IMG/VR virus record: IMGVR_UViG_3300035208_006730
Source: a virus
Lineage: Duplodnaviria; Caudoviricetes
Strand: one strand, 5' to 3'
DNA: 64,000 nucleotides
The notes below the pieces were generated by a model. That model worked only from the letters and a program-made list of their open reading frames with translations. It was not told where the DNA came from and did no database searches. The translations under genes were made by a program, and so were the position numbers. Positions 1 through 8,551 of this stretch are shown here, one piece after another. Numbering within the stretch: position 1 is the first letter of the stretch; the number at the start of each line of letters is the position of its first letter.

Positions 1-713
1 ATAATAACGTCTGCGACCCCAGGAACCGACAATGCCGCTAAACGTATTGCGGTTTTATTTGCTTGTTCTGACTCTGTAACTGCTTGAGAAAGTCTATATC
101 GATAGTTAGTATCACTCTCAACGTCAGAGCCAGTTACAATCTCTGCTCTATTGGATACCTTTAAGGTTTGATTTAGGGAGTCGGTATAGTCAGTAAAATT
201 ATGATAAACAAGTTGATTTGCTCCAATGTTGCCAGCAGCTCCAATCGTAGAAGCCTGAACAGCAACATACACTTCAGACAAAGAGCTATTGAGAAGAGTG
301 TCATATAGAACTTTGTAGATTGTTCCAGTACTATTTCGCCCAGAACTAACGATGGTATTTCTTTTTAGAAGAATCGATGCTCCACCGTTTATCGCGCCAA
401 AAGTTCCAGAATCTACAAAGAAACGAACGTTAAAAGATCTTGCAGTGACTAAAGCTACTTGACGATCATATCTTGTTTTTCCTAGCAGCTCTCCAATAAA
501 ATCTAGATATTGTCCTGTTGCTCCTGAAAGAAACGCTTGAACAATATTAACGTCGAGTTTAGTGTACATTCTACCAAGTTTATTAGAGACTGATTCAGAA
601 AGCGTTCTCAATTTAGAGCCTGGAGAAGACCTAGTAAGACCTGTACCGGTAGTCATTTCTGACAGAATTTCTGAAAGAATCTGTCCATCTCTAGGAACAA
701 GAAGAACTGCCAT
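1..713 (-). CDS. Baseplate J-like wedge protein (3' end runs off the window)
   Basis: Not in the ORF track; hand-translated from ATG at 713: MAVLLVPRDGQ...ATGQYLDFIGELLG...GSDVESDTNYRYRL...ALSVPGVADV, motifs typical of Baseplate_J; follows a gp25-like gene. Confidence 0.85.
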   Translation of the reverse strand, partial: MAVLLVPRDGQILSEILSEMTTGTGLTRSSPGSKLRTLSESVSNKLGRMYTKLDVNIVQAFLSGATGQYLDFIGELLGKTRYDRQVALVTARSFNVRFFVDSGTFGAINGGASILLKRNTIVSSGRNSTGTIYKVLYDTLLNSSLSEVYVAVQASTIGAAGNIGANQLVYHNFTDYTDSLNQTLKVSNRAEIVTGSDVESDTNYRYRLSQAVTESEQANKTAIRLAALSVPGVADVI

Positions 714-716
714 AGA

Positions 717-1199
717 TTACCTCATCACTGGTACAAGGTTCGTAGATTTATCTTTTTCAACGTAGACAATACCACCTGAGACTAGATTGAATGTAAATTT
801 AATTTCAAGAGGTTGACCAGCTTCAAGAGAATTGTATTGGGTCGCAGCGGCATTAATCTGAATAATAATCATTATTGCGTCAAAACGAATTGGAACTACG
901 CGGACCTTGATGTCATTCGCAGCAACAATATTCGCTAGAACAAGAGAAGTTCGAATTTTGTCTGAAATCTCTTTGCCAGTTTCTCTTGTATTGGGCTTAC
1001 CAATAAATTCTTTCAAATCTCCAGCAAAGGTATAATGGAGTTCGTAGTCACCTGAAAGGGACATTAGGAGATTAAGAATTTCTGCTTCTTCTGACTCAAT
1101 AGCATCCTCATCTGTAGAAGCGAGATCTCCAGTAGAATCCTTAAGGAAATCTCCTCGAACAGACCAAGAAAAATCTATTGAATCGTAATTAGTTGCCAC
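717..1199 (-). CDS. gp25/GpW-like baseplate wedge (sheath initiator)
   Basis: 160 aa; GDLA...GDYELHYTFAGDLKEFIGKPN pattern; directly upstream of baseplate J. Confidence 0.7.
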   Translation of the reverse strand: MATNYDSIDFSWSVRGDFLKDSTGDLASTDEDAIESEEAEILNLLMSLSGDYELHYTFAGDLKEFIGKPNTRETGKEISDKIRTSLVLANIVAANDIKVRVVPIRFDAIMIIIQINAAATQYNSLEAGQPLEIKFTFNLVSGGIVYVEKDKSTNLVPVMR

Positions 1200-1779
1200 T
1201 TATCCATTCCGCCTTTTTTGCTTTGAAATTGTGCGTTATATTTATAAGAAGATCGTTGATTGATACGCCAAAGTTATAACCACCAAACTCTACATCAGTT
1301 AAAACAAGTCTTAAAGATTTGTTGGCTACATTTGCAAATTTTAGTTCAAGTGTACCATTCGGTAAGGTCTTCGGAGCTTCGTCGGTAAAAATATCGATTA
1401 AACTTCCTTTACAAGATTCATCTCTTTCTACTGCAAAATTAATACCCTGTGCTTCAGCATGACGTTCTCCATTAATAAGAACAATACAATCAATAGCGTT
1501 AAAAGGTTCATACTTTGAAGCAACAAGATCTCTTTCTTCTAGTTCTTTTTGAATCTTTATGTGTTCTTGGATCGTATCCCAAAACTCTTTTTTTATTGCC
1601 ATCTTCAAACGATCTCGAATTTCTTTGTCAACAAGTTCTTTTGATTCCTTTTGAGTTTTTACGTATTCTGGAATCCTCTCTACTAATTCTCCACCTAATG
1701 TCTTGATGTCCATTTCTCTCTTCTTGTGGTTTTGGATTTCATTTTCTGCGAGTACTTTGTTGAATTCATTAGTGTCCAT
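1189..1779 (-). CDS. Hypothetical protein with a degenerate tail-tube-like C-terminal half
   Basis: FNAIDCIVLINGERHAEAQGINFAVER and LELKFAN..LVLTDVEFGGYNFGVSINDL align by eye with the tube protein at 22019-22705; charged helical N-terminus. Confidence 0.5.
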   Translation of the reverse strand: MDTNEFNKVLAENEIQNHKKREMDIKTLGGELVERIPEYVKTQKESKELVDKEIRDRLKMAIKKEFWDTIQEHIKIQKELEERDLVASKYEPFNAIDCIVLINGERHAEAQGINFAVERDESCKGSLIDIFTDEAPKTLPNGTLELKFANVANKSLRLVLTDVEFGGYNFGVSINDLLINITHNFKAKKAEWISGN

Positions 1780-1789
1780 TTCTCTCTCC

Positions 1790-2134
1790 TTATTTGGGTA
1801 TTAAAGCCATACCAATTTGCACTGCACCTAGCAATTGCATAATCATTCCAAGAGGTGGAATGGGAAGGTGCAGCGGAATTGGAGTCATTATTGTTTTAGG
1901 GATCATGTTTGGAATTTCATTCATTGGGGTAAATAGCGCGCCAGTTTTTCTGCCCTCGCCCATACTTGCAACTGAGAAGTTTCCTCGAACAGTAATTCCG
2001 TTCATACCAACAATAATAAAGTTTTTTTCATTACCATTGATGTTAATGTGATCTTCGTGCACGTCAATGTGCGCAGAAGCGTCTTTATTGATTCGCCAAA
2101 TCTGAGGTTTTCTAGTCTCTTCTTGTTCGGCCAT
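1790..2134 (-). CDS. Putative baseplate spike-associated protein
   Basis: 114 aa; short beta-repeat-like N-terminus (HIDVHEDHININGNEKNFIIVG), Pro-rich hydrophobic C-terminus; position in baseplate cluster. Confidence 0.35.
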   Translation of the reverse strand: MAEQEETRKPQIWRINKDASAHIDVHEDHININGNEKNFIIVGMNGITVRGNFSVASMGEGRKTGALFTPMNEIPNMIPKTIMTPIPLHLPIPPLGMIMQLLGAVQIGMALIPK

Positions 2135-2569
2135 TTACATGCCTCCAGAAAAGATTTGAGCTACACCCGTTTCGCCTGATGTATCTGACTTTTCTTGTTT
2201 CAAATAGTTTCCAAATGTTGCGTTAACTCTGCCAATTACTTCGCAAAAAACACTTCGTGGACTTGCGGGATTTCCCGTATAGGTTACCTTAACTGGCATA
2301 CCTTTTTGAAGAGGACCAAAGTTATGGATAATAAAATCTAATTCCTGAAGTACTGGTATTCCTTTTCCCTTTTTAGTATCGCCACACATCTTTTGTCCAT
2401 TTCGATCTTGTAACTCTACGATAACTGTATTGTTTTCCGTAACTTCAAGAATCATCCCAAGTTCAATGTGAACCATTTCATCGGCAGGACGGATAGCTTC
2501 TCGTTGGCTTTGCTGGGAAACACGTTCAAAATTATTTCCGGCCAAACCTGATATCCCACCTTGATTCAT
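2135..2569 (-). CDS. Putative gpV/gp5-like OB-fold baseplate spike protein
   Basis: 144 aa; ELGMILEVTENNTVIVEL...PLQKGMPVKVTY pattern; directly after the hub gene; GGAGG RBS. Confidence 0.5.
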   Translation of the reverse strand: MNQGGISGLAGNNFERVSQQSQREAIRPADEMVHIELGMILEVTENNTVIVELQDRNGQKMCGDTKKGKGIPVLQELDFIIHNFGPLQKGMPVKVTYTGNPASPRSVFCEVIGRVNATFGNYLKQEKSDTSGETGVAQIFSGGM

Positions 2570-2588
2570 TTATTTTTCCTCCAAACCA

Positions 2589-2617
2589 ATTATATCGATT
2601 AGAGAATCTCTTGGGAA
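2589..2617 (-). promoter_or_regulatory. Candidate internal promoter TTCCCA-N17-TATAAT
   Basis: Perfect -10 in a short intergenic gap; same layout recurs at 21990-22018. Confidence 0.4.
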
Positions 2618-2618
2618 G

Positions 2619-5600
2619 CTATTTTAAAATTGGACCCGTATATCCTTGATTTCTATCATTCAAAAGATATCCACCAAAATCTCCCTTGATCCAATTCCAG
2701 TTCTCAGGAGAATATTCGTATGCAGCATTATCAAGAGCTTTAGAAAGACCAGAAGCTCCTTCAGAAATAAACTTGAGACCATCCCAAAGCATCCCACCTT
2801 GAGTGTACTTAGAGGTTAATCCGTGAATAAGAGGTTTATCTTTATAAATCAGTGGATCAATTCTAAACGGATGTGCGTACTGAGAAGATGCAACAATTTT
2901 TCTCATTAACCATTTTAATGGTCCTCCTAAAACGATGTCTAATGCTTTCAAGGGACCTGCAACTGCAGTCTTACCAACAGTACCAGTAGCATTAATTAAA
3001 CCCTCGCCCTCTTTAACAAGTGCTCTAGCTCGAGTAACTTGATCCTTTAGCCAGTCACCAGGCATATATTCAGCTACAACTCTTCCCATCAATTCGTCAG
3101 TTGAGATAGTAGCGTTCTGATTAATGTGGATTACTGCATTAGGAGTAATCTCTGAGATGAATCCATTAACCTCATTAAATTTATGGATCACAGATTCTAC
3201 TTCTATTGGTCCATACATGTTGGTGTGATCATCGGCTATAAAGACTATATCGAAAGGTTTTATGGCAGGATTACCGATAATAACTATTGATCCTTGATAG
3301 GATTTTTTCAAAAGCCTCCAAAGAAGTCCGATAGCGTACCTTTTCGCCTGAGACTTTCCGATACAATTAGGGTAGGTCATAAACAATTCTCTGGTATCTT
3401 CATCGGAAATGTCTTCATCGGCTTTCATCGTTAGAATTGCGGGTTCTCGAGAAACAAGTCTTCCAAACTCTAGATCTTTGGTTTGTTCATCACGTAGCCA
3501 TGTTGTATCTGAATACTGAACTGCAACGGCATTAAAGACGCCCTTGGTTCTTGAAGAAATATTGTTAGCTATAATGTCGTATTTGTCTGTGATTAGATAG
3601 TAGTTTCTAAATGGTTTAACGATATCCATCTCTTCAGCTAGCGTGTTTTTAAGAGTAGTAAAGAAGGCGACCTTATCGACCTTTTGGAATTCTGGATCTT
3701 GCAAAGATTTGGTTAATCCTTCTATTTCCGAATTAGACATTGTAGTATTGCGCGATAGAATTGATTTTAACTTCTCTTCTGTAAGATCATCTGTTGGATT
3801 GCCACTTTTAATATCGTCGACAAGTCCCGCCAAGTCTTTCGCAAAGTTAGCTTCATTGGGATTAGGGTCTCTTGAATAATAAAGTTGATTTGGCATTCCA
3901 AAATACATTGTCATTCTAGCGCCCCAGGAAGCGGTGTACGGAACTGCTTGAGCGATGAATCCTGGATGACGAATACACATCTCTTGGAATACGTCCCAAA
4001 TGGTAGTACGAAATAGTTTATAAGGATCAGATGACTTGAACATTGAAATACAAGTTGATCCACCTGGGGCGAAAATATTTAAATCCTCAGGTTTTTCTGT
4101 GAATTGGAATTTTTGGGTAAGAGTGTCATAAAAATCTCCCATACCCTTTTGACCTGGTTCCCAGCGTCCAAAGTGAACGAGTTCTGGCTCATTCATTAGT
4201 TCATGGAGCAAGGGTCCAGTATCTCCAGTCTTTGTAAAAAAACCACCATAATTAACTGAGTCCTCAATCCCCTTCATTCTTGTTATTAGTTCAGTACCAT
4301 AACTTTGAGCAACAATATTTAGTAGATCATCTGATTCTGAAAATTGCACCTCTGTAATAACGCCGTGAAAATTATTGTTTAAAAATAAAGGATTATTGGA
4401 ATATCCAAGACACAGTTTTACATGTATCCCTGGCTTAACAACAAGAGATATTAACGGATTTTCTTTCTTAGAGTCAACATCTCGAGCTTTCGTTTTTCCC
4501 TCGTTTTGAGCAATTGGATTATCGAATGGTTGGAGTTTACCTGTCTCAGTATTCATTACATTCTGAAACTTTCTATTAGATAGAATTCCAGAGATATTTG
4601 TCAGTTCAAGAACTATGATATCGGCTGCAACGTTCTGATTCATAACGTGCGTAATATCTTTAACTGAAGCGTAACTAAAGAAGTCATCAAAACCATATTC
4701 TCTACGCTCACCATAATCTGACTCGATGAAGTAGAGCTTGAACGTTGGCCATGCTTTCGCAAGACCTCTACAAAATCCTTTATTCATATTTCTGGTATGT
4801 TGACGGATTAAGCGAGGAACAAGTCCTGTTGTTTCTGGAGAATTGACTGAAGTTAGTTTGTCGCAGATTCGGACGTTACCCAGAATCTCTAATGGGGATT
4901 GATGCGCTCCATCCTTTAGGATCATAAAGTGAAGATGAACTCCAGTTGAAATTCCAGAACTTCCCATGATAGCAATTGGCTCTCCACCTCGAACAAACGG
5001 TTGGATACCCCTTGCAAGTGAAGCTTTCCAATTGTCGAGATAATACCCGTCATCTTTAAGGTGGGAGTAACTCGATGTCCATCCATTACCATGATCAATC
5101 TTAATATATCCAACGGGAATTTTTATTCCTTGATCTCGACGACGAAGAACTTCTGCAGCGGAATAAGTCTCTCCAATATTACAAGCTACAATTTTTCCTG
5201 GAGCAGCTGCTTCAATCACAGTCTCAAGTCCACTACTCCCAATATCGATACCGTCATGTTCCCAGTTTTCTTTCCTCGCTTTGTCTAACTGACGTTGAGC
5301 ATCAGCTTCGGAGATAATTCCTTGTTGTGTTTTTTGAGATAGCGCTGCAATCTTTTGTTCAATAAATGGATTTGGACGTGACCCATATGGAGACGTAATA
5401 TTGTGATTCTCGAAAGCATACACAGCAGGAACTGGCCAACACCATTGCTGTGGACCAGTTTCCATTGAACTTTCAGTTCCAAAGGTTTCTCCAGCTAAAT
5501 AGATTTGACCGTCTTCGAGAAGAGCTTTACCTCCTAGAATGTGTTTGATTCTTTTGCTTTCATCTTTGAGTCGATCTGGGAGTTTCTGTTTTCCGCCAGA

Positions 5601-8543
5601 ACGTCCAGAACAGTTCCAATACTGAGATAAAGGGCTACCATCTTTAGTTTTGGTGAAATCGAGAACTGATGTTTCGGGAAGATAATCGTCATTGCCTTGT
5701 GAAGACGTAAATACATCACTGATAATAGTTCCTTCTGGAAATTCATCAGGAACACAAAGCTTAGCCTGTTCTTCAATTGCTTGTTTTATTCCAGATGCTC
5801 CTTCTGGAATCTTGGGTTCTTTCCCCTGTTCTTTTAGTTTTTGTTTTGCAGCCTCAATATCTCCCGCGTCTGCAACTTCATTTGAACTGTTTACATCTCC
5901 AGATGTCCAACGATAGATCTCTCTTGTCCAGTCCTTTTTCTGCGTTTTAAACTTCTTTTGACGTTGGGCATTTTCGTTACTAAGTTTATCTAGTAATGTG
6001 TCATGCGCTGTTTTGTATTCTTCGAGATGAGTTTTTACGACACTTTTTATTTCTTCAATTTTTGTTTCATCAAGTTTGGTTCCATCTGATATTTCATTGA
6101 TTAGGTAGAATGATGGATCGATTAACGATTGTGGAGATATGCCCGCAGTTAAAAAGGAACCTTTATTCCAAGAATTGAAGAGGATGTCATCAAATTTTTT
6201 ATTACCATAATCTCCAAGAAGAGATAAAACCTCTTTCATTGGAAAATCAGGATAGGCACACGAAGTTCCCGACTGTTTAGACTTTTCGTACTCTTGGCGA
6301 AGAACATCAGAGAACAATGGATCTCGAAGAATTCCATCGGCAACGGCGTTATCGATAATCTCTTTGAGACGTTTTTCATAAACAGTGAATGACTCTTTAA
6401 TTATCGAAGTCTTATTTGCTCCAGCAAAACGAGAAATGTCGTTCAGTTCACTAAGAAATGAAGCTCCCAATTGCTTTAAAACCCCTGCCTCAGAATTCTT
6501 TATCCCCTGAAGTTCTTGTTGTCTAGCATTGGCGGTATCAAGACGAGTTTTATTGTCCGCTTCTTTTCCTGCTTCTGCTAATTGAGAATAGTCTTGAAGC
6601 TCTTGATAGATACTATCGAGCTCTTGGCTTTTGTTCCGAATCTGGTTTTCTAGATCTGCTCTTCTGTCAGGAGTCGCGTTCTGTAGTTGAGATTTTAACT
6701 GACTTAAATCATTCTTTACGGCATCTTGTCTTTGCGAAAGAGAATAGGCTTTTGCGTCTTTTTCTTGATTAACTACAGACAGAGTTTTAGGTTGAACGAT
6801 ACCTTGAGATATTCTGGAGTCCCAAAGATCTTTTCTAACCTTTTCTATGCCTGGCCATTCGGAAACATTTGTTCCCATTATTTCAGATAAAGAAGTTTTG
6901 TCATACAATCCACCTGGATACCAAAGAACAGAATGGAGATAGGTTGAAAGTTCTGTCATTAAGACAGAGACTTCTGACATCACTTTAAACTGAACGGCAT
7001 TTCCTCTAGACTCCATCTCTGCTTTCGAAAGAACTGGACTATACAGAACGGATGTAATACCATAATTTGATGCAGCATATAAGGTTCCCTGTCCCTCAAG
7101 ATAGATAGGGATAAGAGAACGATGAGAAATAGTTTTGCCTAAAGGTAACCCAACAATGGATTGAATTAGTTTTGTTGCAATTTTTTTGCTACGTTCCCAG
7201 TCGCTTGTTGCAAACTCTCTTCCGAATTTTTGTTCTAAATCTTCGTACCGATTAGAAGACACTAGAAGGTTAATCGCAAATGTATCTATTTGTCCTGGTA
7301 TTGTATTCAGGGTAAATTGTTCGACAATAGTCTCATCAACTCCGCAGAGATTAATGATGTCGTTTCCTATCATTAAGGATCTAATACCAGCAGGAATGTC
7401 CTTGAATTCAATCTCCTGCCGTTCTATCGCAGTGTACATCTGATGGATTTTTGCGCTCGCTTCTTGTCCATTTCCTATCATTTGAATTTGTACGGCAACA
7501 TCTGCACTTCCAATATGCTGATAGGTTGCGTACTGTTGTCCAATAAGAGGAATAGTTGCAAGGCGATGAGAGAATGAAATGTCTAGTCCAGTTGTTGTAA
7601 TAGAGTTCGCTTTTGTTGATAGTCGGGTAATGCGCGAGAAAAGAGGTTTTCCATGATAGATCATCTCTTTTCCATTCAGATTCACAGGTTCCCATTCCAA
7701 ACCTTTATAGGTCACAGTTCTATTTTTCTCGTCCTTCATCACAACATCAGAAAATACATCGAAATACATTGAGGTAGTAAAACCAAGAAGTTGATTAACC
7801 GATGTGATTTGTTCTGAGGTGAGAACGGAAATGCGCTTTGAAGTCTCACTTGCCCCTAATTTAAGTAACTCACTTTTAGCTTTCGAATCTGCATCTGACT
7901 TTATTTGCTTAAACTTTTCAACAGTTTCTTGTGGCGATAAAACGTTTCCTTGTTCGTTTTCTATCACAGGAGCAAGAAATTCACGAAAAGCAAAAGTAAT
8001 GTTGTCTGAAAGTTCTCCCTGAATGGCCCTGTATTTGCCTCGATTAATTTCAGCTTCAGTTAGGATATTCCAGGCTAAAGAATTTTGGGGAAGGTTCGTA
8101 CTTTTACGACCAAAGACTTCTACTCGATACTGCCAAATATCTGTGTATGGCTTAAAGTTGAACCAAACAAAATCGAAGAGAACTTTAATGACGTTAACGT
8201 CAGTATCATTCTTTCTAATATTGATGTGCTTGCACGCGAGAATTATTGGGTCTGTCGTATCGCCATGATAGATAGTATTCCGAATTAACTGATTTTCAAC
8301 GTAGCAAAACGGGACAACTCTGAGTTGTGCGACTATTCTTCGGAGTTTTTCCCAGCCTTCTTGGTCAACAAAACTTGCTTCAACTCTCACCGATAAAATT
8401 GTATGTCCGCTTTTTATTTTAACTGAGTTTCTAGTCCTCAGAGTGTACCATTCATGGTTAAAGGCTTGTTCTGAAATGCCTATTGCCTGAGGCGGGACTG
8501 AAAACCCGACATCATTTAAGACAAAACTACCGGAATCTTCCAT
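2619..8543 (-). CDS. Giant baseplate hub/tail protein with internal M23 peptidoglycan endopeptidase
   Basis: 1974 aa; M23 motifs ITSPYGSR, HDGIDIG, IDHGNGWTSSYSHL, GSSGISTGVHLHF (~4900-5400); hub-like C-terminal segments (LCLGYSNNP..FHGVITEV; GSIVIIGNPAIKPFDIV). Confidence 0.8.
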   Translation of the reverse strand: MEDSGSFVLNDVGFSVPPQAIGISEQAFNHEWYTLRTRNSVKIKSGHTILSVRVEASFVDQEGWEKLRRIVAQLRVVPFCYVENQLIRNTIYHGDTTDPIILACKHINIRKNDTDVNVIKVLFDFVWFNFKPYTDIWQYRVEVFGRKSTNLPQNSLAWNILTEAEINRGKYRAIQGELSDNITFAFREFLAPVIENEQGNVLSPQETVEKFKQIKSDADSKAKSELLKLGASETSKRISVLTSEQITSVNQLLGFTTSMYFDVFSDVVMKDEKNRTVTYKGLEWEPVNLNGKEMIYHGKPLFSRITRLSTKANSITTTGLDISFSHRLATIPLIGQQYATYQHIGSADVAVQIQMIGNGQEASAKIHQMYTAIERQEIEFKDIPAGIRSLMIGNDIINLCGVDETIVEQFTLNTIPGQIDTFAINLLVSSNRYEDLEQKFGREFATSDWERSKKIATKLIQSIVGLPLGKTISHRSLIPIYLEGQGTLYAASNYGITSVLYSPVLSKAEMESRGNAVQFKVMSEVSVLMTELSTYLHSVLWYPGGLYDKTSLSEIMGTNVSEWPGIEKVRKDLWDSRISQGIVQPKTLSVVNQEKDAKAYSLSQRQDAVKNDLSQLKSQLQNATPDRRADLENQIRNKSQELDSIYQELQDYSQLAEAGKEADNKTRLDTANARQQELQGIKNSEAGVLKQLGASFLSELNDISRFAGANKTSIIKESFTVYEKRLKEIIDNAVADGILRDPLFSDVLRQEYEKSKQSGTSCAYPDFPMKEVLSLLGDYGNKKFDDILFNSWNKGSFLTAGISPQSLIDPSFYLINEISDGTKLDETKIEEIKSVVKTHLEEYKTAHDTLLDKLSNENAQRQKKFKTQKKDWTREIYRWTSGDVNSSNEVADAGDIEAAKQKLKEQGKEPKIPEGASGIKQAIEEQAKLCVPDEFPEGTIISDVFTSSQGNDDYLPETSVLDFTKTKDGSPLSQYWNCSGRSGGKQKLPDRLKDESKRIKHILGGKALLEDGQIYLAGETFGTESSMETGPQQWCWPVPAVYAFENHNITSPYGSRPNPFIEQKIAALSQKTQQGIISEADAQRQLDKARKENWEHDGIDIGSSGLETVIEAAAPGKIVACNIGETYSAAEVLRRRDQGIKIPVGYIKIDHGNGWTSSYSHLKDDGYYLDNWKASLARGIQPFVRGGEPIAIMGSSGISTGVHLHFMILKDGAHQSPLEILGNVRICDKLTSVNSPETTGLVPRLIRQHTRNMNKGFCRGLAKAWPTFKLYFIESDYGERREYGFDDFFSYASVKDITHVMNQNVAADIIVLELTNISGILSNRKFQNVMNTETGKLQPFDNPIAQNEGKTKARDVDSKKENPLISLVVKPGIHVKLCLGYSNNPLFLNNNFHGVITEVQFSESDDLLNIVAQSYGTELITRMKGIEDSVNYGGFFTKTGDTGPLLHELMNEPELVHFGRWEPGQKGMGDFYDTLTQKFQFTEKPEDLNIFAPGGSTCISMFKSSDPYKLFRTTIWDVFQEMCIRHPGFIAQAVPYTASWGARMTMYFGMPNQLYYSRDPNPNEANFAKDLAGLVDDIKSGNPTDDLTEEKLKSILSRNTTMSNSEIEGLTKSLQDPEFQKVDKVAFFTTLKNTLAEEMDIVKPFRNYYLITDKYDIIANNISSRTKGVFNAVAVQYSDTTWLRDEQTKDLEFGRLVSREPAILTMKADEDISDEDTRELFMTYPNCIGKSQAKRYAIGLLWRLLKKSYQGSIVIIGNPAIKPFDIVFIADDHTNMYGPIEVESVIHKFNEVNGFISEITPNAVIHINQNATISTDELMGRVVAEYMPGDWLKDQVTRARALVKEGEGLINATGTVGKTAVAGPLKALDIVLGGPLKWLMRKIVASSQYAHPFRIDPLIYKDKPLIHGLTSKYTQGGMLWDGLKFISEGASGLSKALDNAAYEYSPENWNWIKGDFGGYLLNDRNQGYTGPILK

Positions 8544-8551
8544 GATGACCT

